From positions 1 to 32,000 of the forward strand of contig JAWOFX010000096.1 of the NCBI GenBank assembly GCA_046497275.1: 32,000 bases of DNA, in the 5' to 3' direction. The notes under the pieces were generated by a model. The model saw nothing but the letters and a program-made list of their open reading frames with translations. It searched no databases and was not told the origin of the DNA. The translations under genes were made by a program, and so were the position numbers. The stretch is from Promethearchaeia archaeon (GTDB lineage Archaea > Asgardarchaeota > Lokiarchaeia > Sigyniarchaeales > SOKP01). Each line of letters begins with the position of its first letter. The first letter of the stretch is position 1. This document shows, piece after piece, positions 17,541 through 26,364 of this stretch.

Positions 17541-18044
17541 TTATTCTCTTTCTGAATTTATTTGAATAATTTTTTCTATTGATTTAATAACTCCGCGCTC
17601 AACAGTTTTGATTATTTTTTCATATTCTCCGGGGTCTAAGTTTACTGGATCTTCAATATCATATTCTCCATTCTCCTCAGCATATTCCAAAAGAAGATGT
17701 GCTTTATTCATAAGATTATCAACATGTTTAAATTTTCTCCTTAAACGCTTCAAGTGTCTCGATTGCATCGCTAAAATCAAATCTTGTTTTTCAAGTAATT
17801 CTTCATCCATAATTTTACCTTTAAAATCGCTAAAATCAATATTCCAATTCTCTTTTAGATATCTTATTGTCTCAGCTTGAGCTGTTTTGTACACATTAAA
17901 AAATCCAGCAGAGTCAAAATTCACATCTTTTAACTCATCTGAATACTTATCCCTTTTTAAAGCCTTTGCAATACCTTCAGCTGCGGGGCTTCTTGCAGTA
18001 TTACCAAAACAGATAAAAAGGACATTTCTTATTTTATTTCCCAT
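17541..18044 (-). CDS. Low-molecular-weight protein-tyrosine phosphatase family protein, second paralog
   Basis: CFGNTARS, FDSAG, QDLILAM, DIEDP. Only one Cys. Shares the SAGFFN motif with 15267..15743. Confidence 0.9.
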   Translation of the reverse strand: MGNKIRNVLFICFGNTARSPAAEGIAKALKRDKYSDELKDVNFDSAGFFNVYKTAQAETIRYLKENWNIDFSDFKGKIMDEELLEKQDLILAMQSRHLKRLRRKFKHVDNLMNKAHLLLEYAEENGEYDIEDPVNLDPGEYEKIIKTVERGVIKSIEKIIQINSERE

Positions 18045-18182
18045 ACTATTTCATTTCAGAAAATATTTGTTTCCAAAAATTTTTATCTATTGAAATGGAA
18101 AAAGGAAATATAAAATTTATATGGAACTAAATATTTAATACAACTTAATTTATCTTAATTTAAAAAAAGGCAGTATAGACTC

Positions 18183-19754
18183 TTGAATTATAAGACTGAT
18201 TTTTTAATTATCGGTGGAGGGATTTCTGGACTTTCTTTAGCCATTAAATTAGCTCAGCTAGCTCCTAATGAGGAGATTTTATTAATTACTAAGGAAAAAT
18301 TACGTGAATGTAACACATTTTATTCTCAAGGAGGGATGGCATGTGTGTTAAGCAAGGAGGATAGCATTGAGAAACATGTAAATGATACTTTAAAAGCCGG
18401 TGATGGATTATGTGATGAAAAAATAGTAAAAAGCATTCTTAGTCGAGTTCCAGAAAGAATAGATGAATTAATTGAATGGGGAGTAGAATTTAATAAAAAT
18501 AAGAATGGTTCTTATGATTTAGGACGGGAAGGCGGTCACACTGAGAGAAGAATCCTCCATGTTGATGATGTGACTGGAAAATATGTAGAGGAAACACTCA
18601 TTAAGAAAGTAAAAGAATATGAGAATGTTAAAATCCGGGAAAATTGCTGTGCAATAAATTTGTTCGCCCAGAATTTAAAATGTCAAGGAGTTTATGTCTT
18701 AGACCAAATTAGTAATGATATATATAATATATCCGCTAAAGCTACGATTTTAGCAACTGGTGGTGCTGGTAAAATTTATTTATACACTACGAATCCAGAT
18801 GTTGCATCTGGTGATGGAATAGCAATGGCATATCGGGCAGGTGCTGAAATTGCAAATATGGAATTTTTCCAATTTCATCCCACGTGTCTTTATCATCCTT
18901 ATGCGAAATCTTTTTTAATAACTGAAGCGATGAGAGGAGAAGGTGCTAAATTAAAGGATATCAAGGGGAATAAATTTATGGAGAAATATCATCCAATGAA
19001 AGAATTAGCCCCAAGAGATATTGTGTCTAGAGCGATTGATTCAGAATTGAAAAAGTCAGGTGATGATTATGTTTTATTAGATATTGCATCCTATAAAGAT
19101 TCAGATTTCATAAAGGAGCACTTTCCTGGAGTTTATGAACAATGTCTCGAATTTAATATAGATATCACTAAAGAACCTATCCCAGTAGTTCCTGCTGCCC
19201 ATTATTGTTGTGGTGGAGTTGTTGCTGGGATTGATGGTTCCACAAAAGTAAGGAACTTGTATGTAATCGGTGAATCGGCTTGCACTGGACTTCATGGAGC
19301 TAATAGATTAGCCAGCAACTCATTGATTGAAGGATTAGTCTGTGCTCATGAATGTGCTCAAATACTTATTAAAAAGAAAGACAATTTAAAAATTAAAGAA
19401 TTTGAACCATGGGAGCCTGGTAATGCAATCCCATCTACTGAAGCTGTTGTAATAACTCAAAATTGGGGAGAGATTAGGACCACCATGCAAAATTATGTAG
19501 GTATCGTTCGAACAGATCGCCGATTACAGCGTGCTAAAAAACGTATTAATCTTATTCTTGATGAGATTGAAAGGTATTATTGGGATTTTAAGATCGAAAA
19601 AGATTTAATTGAGTTAAGAAACTTGGCAACTGTTGCAAAAATTATTATTGTGAGTGCTATTTCAAGGAAAGAGAGTCGAGGTATCCACTTTAATGTAGAT
19701 TATCCAAAAAAAACAAAGATGGCACGGTCAACTCAATTAGAAAGACCATGGTAA
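18183..19754 (+). CDS. nadB: L-aspartate oxidase
   Basis: IIGGGISG, SQGGMA, GREGGH, ATGGAG, QFHPT, LITEAMRGEG, ELAPRDIVSRAI, PAAHYCCGG, GLHGANRLASNSL, RKESRG.H...DYP. Confidence 0.95.
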   Translation: MNYKTDFLIIGGGISGLSLAIKLAQLAPNEEILLITKEKLRECNTFYSQGGMACVLSKEDSIEKHVNDTLKAGDGLCDEKIVKSILSRVPERIDELIEWGVEFNKNKNGSYDLGREGGHTERRILHVDDVTGKYVEETLIKKVKEYENVKIRENCCAINLFAQNLKCQGVYVLDQISNDIYNISAKATILATGGAGKIYLYTTNPDVASGDGIAMAYRAGAEIANMEFFQFHPTCLYHPYAKSFLITEAMRGEGAKLKDIKGNKFMEKYHPMKELAPRDIVSRAIDSELKKSGDDYVLLDIASYKDSDFIKEHFPGVYEQCLEFNIDITKEPIPVVPAAHYCCGGVVAGIDGSTKVRNLYVIGESACTGLHGANRLASNSLIEGLVCAHECAQILIKKKDNLKIKEFEPWEPGNAIPSTEAVVITQNWGEIRTTMQNYVGIVRTDRRLQRAKKRINLILDEIERYYWDFKIEKDLIELRNLATVAKIIIVSAISRKESRGIHFNVDYPKKTKMARSTQLERPW

Positions 19755-20001
19755 AGTATAATTAATAATATTCTACTAAAATGGATAAATTTTTCCACTA
19801 TATTGATTAACTCAACTTTATATAATCCTAATTTTTCTAAAAGTCTTTTTATGGGCTTTATATTTTACATGAATTATATAGATTCTGTAAGCTTAAAGAG
19901 AGTTTGAAAATTTCTAAATTTTTAATTCTTTAACTCTTAAATTTAAATTTTAAAATGCTTTAGAAAAATCTAAAATAATTGAATAATTCTTAGATTGAAT
20001 A

Positions 20002-21342
20002 ATGAAATTAATTCTGTTTAAAGATAAAAAAGTATTTTTATTGTTTATCCAACTTACATTAATATCTTTCAGTATAGGAGTGGCAAGATTACTTTTTCCT
20101 TTTCAGTTAGTCCACTTAGGAGGGGGAGAAAGTCTAGTTTCCCTAACTTCGGTACTTTATGCAATAGGACAAATTTCAGGAATTATCTTTTTATCAAAAA
20201 TTAGTGAACGGCGAAACTCAGAATTTGTCGTGTCTACATTGTTATGGATATTAAGTTTAATTACTTTAAGCATACCTTTTCTACCTATATTTATAATGGG
20301 GAGGTTTTTTGAAGGGTTAGGGTATGGATTGTTAATTGTAGGGATCTTGAATTTTGTTGATCGAAAATATGAGAATAATAAGGGAGAAGTTGTTGGAACC
20401 GTTTTTGGAAGCATTTTTTTTGGGGGTGCTATAGGACAAGGTTTAGCAGGTTTTTTAGAACAAAATATTAGGGAATTTTTCCAATATACCATCTTTTCAG
20501 CTTTTCAGCTCCTAATGTTTGCTGGAATAATAATTTCATTTATTTCACTCCTTATCGCTTTTATGAATTACGACCAAGAAGAGAAATTTAAACTTTTTAA
20601 ATTGGAAAAAATAGCTGTTCCTCATATGCATTTGAAAAATATTAAAATAATGATGGGGTTTGCTCCATTTACATTATTATTTCTCATATATGCATTCTAC
20701 GACTTCTCCCACGGAATTTATACTCCTAACCTAGCACTAGTACTGGCATCAAATAGTATAACAACAACGCAAATATCTTTTATTTATTTCACTGGAGATG
20801 CTGTTTTAGGGTTATCGCAGATAATCACTGGAAGGTTAGTAGATAAACTCGGCTCATGGATACCAATATTTCTAAGTCTGTTAATTAAAGGATTTGCGGT
20901 GATTTTTTATAGCCAATTTTATTTATGGACTATGGTATTAATTCTTTTTATAATTGTTGGGATTGGAGAATCATTAATCGAACCCGCGAGAAATATAGCG
21001 ATCTTAGAAATTGAAAATCGTTTCGATGAAGGATTGCTTGAAAGCTATTCGGAACATTCACACAAACATCTTAATATTTACTTTAGCAAAGGACAAGGAT
21101 TTACTTTTGGAGCACATACACATATGCATGAGCATAAACCTGACAGAGAATCTATAATATCTTGGTTACAATTTACTAGTATAATTTCATATGGTCTCGG
21201 TGGATTTGTAGGAAGTATTATTCTCACTCTTGGTGGTGATAGTGAGTTCTTAATATATTTGGGTGCAATAATTTTACTTTTTAGTTCATTAATCGCTCTA
21301 TTAGGAAGATTGGTTAAAAGAAGAGATAACACACGAGACTGA
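20002..21342 (+). CDS. MFS transporter with His-rich cytoplasmic loop insertion
   Basis: About 12 TMs in two halves; GRFFEGLG (TM4); GRLVDKLG motif A in the C-half; HSHKH...HTHMHEH between predicted TM10 and TM11. Confidence 0.88.
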   Translation: MKLILFKDKKVFLLFIQLTLISFSIGVARLLFPFQLVHLGGGESLVSLTSVLYAIGQISGIIFLSKISERRNSEFVVSTLLWILSLITLSIPFLPIFIMGRFFEGLGYGLLIVGILNFVDRKYENNKGEVVGTVFGSIFFGGAIGQGLAGFLEQNIREFFQYTIFSAFQLLMFAGIIISFISLLIAFMNYDQEEKFKLFKLEKIAVPHMHLKNIKIMMGFAPFTLLFLIYAFYDFSHGIYTPNLALVLASNSITTTQISFIYFTGDAVLGLSQIITGRLVDKLGSWIPIFLSLLIKGFAVIFYSQFYLWTMVLILFIIVGIGESLIEPARNIAILEIENRFDEGLLESYSEHSHKHLNIYFSKGQGFTFGAHTHMHEHKPDRESIISWLQFTSIISYGLGGFVGSIILTLGGDSEFLIYLGAIILLFSSLIALLGRLVKRRDNTRD

Positions 21343-21437
21343 AAAATAAAATGAAAGTTGATAAAAAGAAAAGTTGGGTTTTTAATTGAGTTGTAGATTT
21401 GTGTAATTAAGATCAAAAAAAGTTTATTAGCCAATTA

Positions 21438-21648
21438 CGAATAATTCTAATTCTTGACGAGACTGAAAGATTATTGGGACTTCTAAATTGAAAAGAGTCT
21501 AATTGAGTTAAGAACCTTAGCACCTGTCGCAAAAATTTTTATAGTGAGGGTTTTTTCAAGAAAAGAAAGTCGAGGGATCCATTATAATGTAGATTATCCG
21601 AATAAAGCTAAAATAGAACGACTAACAAATATAGAAAGACCATAGTAA
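21438..21648 (+). pseudogene. nadB: Decayed copy of the last 70 codons of nadB
   Basis: Aligns to 19542..19754 (166/211 identical by hand). 2-bp deletion near 21471, in-frame TAA at 21484-21486, final TGG changed to TAG. Still reads SRKESRGIHYNVDYP. Confidence 0.92.
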
Positions 21649-21724
21649 CGATTATATAATCGAAGAATCAAGAGAGGAAAAAAATTTCTTATTTTTTAAT
21701 TTGTAACCAAAAGCTTGTTGCAGT

Positions 21725-22219
21725 TCAGACACCTCCACCATAAGCAAGTCCTAAAATAGCTAAAACTCCCGCTAATAGTATAAGACCTACACTAATGAGA
21801 AAAGTCTGACCTATAAAACCAAAAAAATTTGCAACACTTCCAAATATATTGAGAGGTTGTCCCATCCAAATGTTTATATAGACTATAAAGAAGCCCACAA
21901 TGATATTGTATAGGAGAAAACTCAAAGCCCCCCAAGCAACTTGTTTTCGATCGTAAGCTAAATAGATAAAACCAAATGAAATTGCAGTTAAAATTCCTGC
22001 AATGATTCCACTAGCAATTGCGCCAGGTCCAGCTAATCCATTAAAGATCGCCCCAAATAAAGGAACACATATCAATCCAGTACAAAATAATGTAAAAAAC
22101 AATCCTATGCTAAATTCGAACTCTTTTTTAGAAGTAGTTTGCTTAACAGATGCTCCACAATTCGGGCAGAAAGTGGCGTCATCAGAGCATTCAGAGCCGC
22201 ATTTATAACAGATTTTCAT
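21725..22219 (-). CDS. Zinc-ribbon-containing membrane protein
   Basis: CYKCGSECSDDATFCPNCG (two CxxC) followed by about 4 TMs. ATG at 22219 preferred over the GTG at 22228. Confidence 0.85.
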   Translation of the reverse strand: MKICYKCGSECSDDATFCPNCGASVKQTTSKKEFEFSIGLFFTLFCTGLICVPLFGAIFNGLAGPGAIASGIIAGILTAISFGFIYLAYDRKQVAWGALSFLLYNIIVGFFIVYINIWMGQPLNIFGSVANFFGFIGQTFLISVGLILLAGVLAILGLAYGGGV

Positions 22220-22415
22220 TATTAACACTTAAAATTTTATTTTCTTAAAGAATTTGATAATCAATACAATGATAAACGTATATATAAATCCGATCACTTC
22301 TTATATGAAAAAATATATTCCTAAGAATTGATTAAAGATTTTTTCAAAATCAAACAAAAGATCAATATATCATATATATCATATAGTCTTATTTTTCCCA
22401 ACAATTCGAAAGAAA

Positions 22416-24041
22416 TTAATTATAAATAGGTTCTAATCCTGATTGAAAATGCCTTAATCTAAGCTCAGCCCCTCTTTTTATTCTAACTTTTGGAATATAT
22501 TTTCTATTTTGATATAATTCTGTGATCGCTGCTACAGCATAATTAATATGTGAGGAATTATACATATTTCGAGGGAGTGCGAATCTTACTAAATTTAGGA
22601 TGCCCTTCCTCATTTCGGGTGTTTTTTTATCCCATTCAAAGGCGAATGGCCCTAATTCACAAGCTCTAATTCCATAATATTTTACCAGTTCAATAGTAAA
22701 TCCAACTCCCCCAAAATCCTCCGGTTTCATCTCAACATCCTCGAAAAATTTATCCATATCTAAATAAACCGCATGTCCACCAGGAGGAAGAACAACGGGA
22801 ATATTATTTTCTGCTAGTTTCTGAGCAAAATCTTGGATATGAGATAATCTATTATTTAGATACGATTCTCTTACTACTTCATATAATCCAGCGGCGAGTG
22901 CCATTATATCTCTTCCGCTTAGACCTCCATAAGAATCATTTCCAAACGTTAGAATTTGTTTTTCTTTTAATTTGATACCTATATCTTCTTCAAAAGAGAA
23001 TTTTTTATGGAATAATCCTCTATCTCTAAAAAATAAACCTCCTCCAATATTTGCAAGCCCATCTTTTTTAAAACTAATCGTAAATCCTTCTGCATATGAA
23101 AACATTTCTTTTATGATTTCCTGTATAGAATGGTCTTTATAACCTTCCTCAAACTTTTTTATGAAGACAGCATTCTCAGCAAATCTACAAGCATCAAAAA
23201 ATAGTGGTATGTTATAATTTTTAGCAATTTCACTAACTTTCTTTATATTCGCCATTGAAACAGGCTGTCCCGCAGCAGTGTTATTCGTTATAGTCAAATA
23301 AATTATAGGTATATGATCAGCTCCCTTTTTTTCAATAAATCTACTTAATCTTTTACAATCCATATTTCCTTTGAAATTGTTCCTTTTTCCAAGTTGATCT
23401 ATTGGGAATTCGTCTAATAGATTGTTATCGAAGAAATTTATTGGCATCATTCCCGAAGATTTAACATTTGCTTCAGTAGTGTCAAAATGTCCATTATTAG
23501 GAATATAAAATTGATCGAGTGATGAATCATTTTTAAGGACCTCTGAAAGAGTAGAAAATAATAAAAATTCCGCACATCGTCCTTGAGGTACAATAAAAGC
23601 ATTTGGATATTTCAATTGAAATATTCCACCATTCGCAAATCCTCCTTCATAAGATTTGAGATATAATTCTTCCATTAACTTTTGAGAATCTCTTTCGCCA
23701 GAAAGAATTAAATTTATTCTTTTCTTAAAATTATCTCCACGTTCAAAAATATCTCTAATTGCTTCAAGAAGAACATAATAACCTTTATTTCGTCCATATG
23801 ACTCATCACCATGAAATAGTGCTGACCATTGAAGATCTGTCATAACACCAGATCCACTATCAGAGAGGAAATCAAGCACTAATAAATCCGCTGGAAAAGA
23901 AAACATATTATATTCCGTTTTTTCTAACACTTCTTCTCTTTGTATCTTTGATACATCTTTGATATTTCTAACAACTAATGACTTTTTTGAAGGAATTGGG
24001 ACTCCTAATTCATCCATAGATTTCATATTGATATACCTCAA
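22416..24041 (-). CDS. tnaA: Tryptophanase-like PLP beta-eliminating lyase (long form)
   Basis: DFLSDSG, GDESY, QGRCAE, HFDTT, DACRFAEN, SFKKD (PLP Lys), YGGLSGRD, GGHAVYLD. ELG and LRHF match tryptophanase rather than TPL (ERG, LRFF). Start may be the ATG at 24026. Confidence 0.85.
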   Translation of the reverse strand: MRYINMKSMDELGVPIPSKKSLVVRNIKDVSKIQREEVLEKTEYNMFSFPADLLVLDFLSDSGSGVMTDLQWSALFHGDESYGRNKGYYVLLEAIRDIFERGDNFKKRINLILSGERDSQKLMEELYLKSYEGGFANGGIFQLKYPNAFIVPQGRCAEFLLFSTLSEVLKNDSSLDQFYIPNNGHFDTTEANVKSSGMMPINFFDNNLLDEFPIDQLGKRNNFKGNMDCKRLSRFIEKKGADHIPIIYLTITNNTAAGQPVSMANIKKVSEIAKNYNIPLFFDACRFAENAVFIKKFEEGYKDHSIQEIIKEMFSYAEGFTISFKKDGLANIGGGLFFRDRGLFHKKFSFEEDIGIKLKEKQILTFGNDSYGGLSGRDIMALAAGLYEVVRESYLNNRLSHIQDFAQKLAENNIPVVLPPGGHAVYLDMDKFFEDVEMKPEDFGGVGFTIELVKYYGIRACELGPFAFEWDKKTPEMRKGILNLVRFALPRNMYNSSHINYAVAAITELYQNRKYIPKVRIKRGAELRLRHFQSGLEPIYN

Positions 24042-24234
24042 GATTTCATAAATAATTCCATTATTCGATTAAAATGATAATATCTTATAGTAAGATTCTA
24101 TCTTGATTAAATTTTACACTTTGAGGGAAAGAAATCCCATTTTGTAAAATTATATCTAACATAATAGAGTTCTAAATTAAAGTTTCTATCTAAAAGGAAC
24201 ATTATATAATAAGAAAAAAAATAGAAAGAAGCTA

Positions 24235-26364
24235 TTATTCTTTCTCTTCTAAAAGTTCATCTGCGGTACAAAAATTCGATCTCTTATCTGATTTTGGTTT
24301 AAACTTGACTGAAGACTTCCTATACACGTTTGAATTTAATTCATCAATAAAAGGAGATATTCTTGCTGTTAAATATCCCTTCCATGATTGAATTAAAGCA
24401 GGAGAGATTAAATAAAGCTGATCTTTAGCCCTTGTTATAGCTACGTAAAAAACTCTACGCTCTTCTTCAATTGCTTCCGTATTATCCTTAACCCTGCTTG
24501 ACGGAAAGAACCCATCGCATAACATAGGAATGAATACAACTCGCCATTCTAAACCTTTTGCTCTATGAATCGTTGAAAGAATGAGCGGTTGTTCACTTTC
24601 GTTCTCTGACCCAGCCAACACGGTTTTTGATTCAATATTATTTCTATTTAGACTGAGTGTCTCTAAAAATTTCTGAATAGTTGAATAATTCTGAGAATAA
24701 ATCGCTAATTCTTTTAGGTCCTCTAATCTCTCTTCCCAATTTTCATAAGTTGCTTTAATATAATCCTGAATTAAATCAATTATTTCCTTTAAAACCTCGG
24801 ATGGAGATTCATCAGAATTATAATATCGCAGATTTTTGATGTGGTTAACTAAATTCTGAGCACCTTTACCGGGAATTCTTGAACCTTTCATAATTTTAGT
24901 AAAAAAATTTTTTTCCATTAATCTTTCTAATGGATGATCTGATTGGGAAATTTCAGTAAAAATTTTAGAACCCGAAGTTTGGCCCAAATCTGGGATCATA
25001 TTAAAAATTCGAGACCAAGCGATTTCATCATAAGGATTTTCTATTATTCTAAGGTGAACTAAAGCATCTTTTATATGAGCTTTTTCAAAGAAAGCAACAC
25101 CTGCTCTAACTTCGTAAGGAATATTTTTAACTTTTAATTCTTGCTCGATTTTTAGAGAATGTCTACTAGCTCGAATTAATATAGCCATCTGATTTAAATC
25201 ATATCCTTCAGATCTCAATCTTAATATTTGGTTGGCTATAAATTTTGCTTGTTCTTCTCCATCGGCAACGTTTACTAGAAAAGGTTTGACTCCCGCTTTC
25301 CTAGTGGGCCTCATTTTTTTTGAGTGTTGAAATTCATTATGAAGAATTGAGTCATTCGCGAGGTCTAATATTTCTGGAACACTGCGATAATTGTAGGTGA
25401 TCTTATATTTATTGCAATTGTTATAATTATTCTCAAAATCTAAAATATTTTTGAAATTTGCTCCACGAAATGCATAAATGCTTTGAGCATCATCCCCTAC
25501 CACCATAATATTTTTTTCAGGATTTAATGCTGCAATTTTTTGAATGATCTCATCTTGTATATAATTTGTATCTTGATATTCATCTACTAAAATATATTTA
25601 ATTTTTCTTGCAATCATTCGAGCGACTATTTTTTCATCCAATAACCGATTCCAATAGATTAATAGATCATCGAAATCTAATAATCCATCTTCTTCCTTTT
25701 TTTTGCTATATCTTTTATAGATCTCTTTTAATTTATCTTCGATTCTCTCATCGTCAAAATCACTATATTTCCATTTTAATACTTCACGTATAGATTTATT
25801 ACAATTGATCGAATATGAAAGAATATTTTTTGCCATTTTAGAAGTGGGAAATCGCTCTTCAATTTCAGAGGTTTTGGACTCGTCCATAGCTAATCTCATC
25901 AAAGCTCTCGCATCCGTTTCATCCATAATATTATAATTTGGTTTTAATCCTAATGTTTTAGAATAACGTCTTATAAAGCGGTTCGCCATAGAATGAAATG
26001 TACCAGCCCAAATACCCTTTGGTCGTTTTCCTAATAAAATTTCCACTCGCTTTATCATTTCTTTAGCTGCTTTATTAGTAAAGGTCACCAGCATAATTTC
26101 ATTGGGTTTAACGCGTGAAAGGAGGAGTTTTGCCACTGCATACGTAATTGTTCGGGTTTTCCCCGACCCTGCCCCTGCTATAACCAACATTGGCCCTGAA
26201 ATATTATTAATTATTTCAAGTTGTTCATCATTCAGATTTTCTTCGAAATCTATCTTGTTATATTCCTCGGCAATTGAATCAATATCTTTATCTAAAGATC
26301 CTTCATAATCCTCATAAAACTCGAAAATAAATTCCTCTTCAGATTTTTTATTATCTTTATTCAT
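24235..26364 (-). CDS. uvrD: SF1 UvrD/PcrA-family ATP-dependent DNA helicase
   Basis: AGAGSGKT, TFTNKAA, TFHS, LVDEYQD, VGDDAQSIYAFRGA, NYRS, STIHRAKGLEW, EERRVFYVAITRA. Acidic N-terminal extension. No Tudor-like C-terminal domain. Confidence 0.95.
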   Translation of the reverse strand: MNKDNKKSEEEFIFEFYEDYEGSLDKDIDSIAEEYNKIDFEENLNDEQLEIINNISGPMLVIAGAGSGKTRTITYAVAKLLLSRVKPNEIMLVTFTNKAAKEMIKRVEILLGKRPKGIWAGTFHSMANRFIRRYSKTLGLKPNYNIMDETDARALMRLAMDESKTSEIEERFPTSKMAKNILSYSINCNKSIREVLKWKYSDFDDERIEDKLKEIYKRYSKKKEEDGLLDFDDLLIYWNRLLDEKIVARMIARKIKYILVDEYQDTNYIQDEIIQKIAALNPEKNIMVVGDDAQSIYAFRGANFKNILDFENNYNNCNKYKITYNYRSVPEILDLANDSILHNEFQHSKKMRPTRKAGVKPFLVNVADGEEQAKFIANQILRLRSEGYDLNQMAILIRASRHSLKIEQELKVKNIPYEVRAGVAFFEKAHIKDALVHLRIIENPYDEIAWSRIFNMIPDLGQTSGSKIFTEISQSDHPLERLMEKNFFTKIMKGSRIPGKGAQNLVNHIKNLRYYNSDESPSEVLKEIIDLIQDYIKATYENWEERLEDLKELAIYSQNYSTIQKFLETLSLNRNNIESKTVLAGSENESEQPLILSTIHRAKGLEWRVVFIPMLCDGFFPSSRVKDNTEAIEEERRVFYVAITRAKDQLYLISPALIQSWKGYLTARISPFIDELNSNVYRKSSVKFKPKSDKRSNFCTADELLEEKE

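Noticed and set aside
15267-18044. Calling the locus arsC-arsB-arsC
   Set aside because: The resolving cysteines of thioredoxin-type ArsC are missing, DPYY is phosphatase-like and there is no arsR; left as a family-level call.
21438-21648. Stop-codon recoding (Sec/Pyl) making the nadB remnant functional
   Set aside because: It also has a frameshift and a TAA, and lacks a start and the catalytic domains.
22365-22382. Tandem ATATATCAT x2
   Set aside because: Two low-complexity units in a convergent-side gap; not an array.
22416-24041. Tyrosine phenol-lyase assignment
   Set aside because: Has ELG and LRHF instead of the TPL-diagnostic ERG and LRFF.
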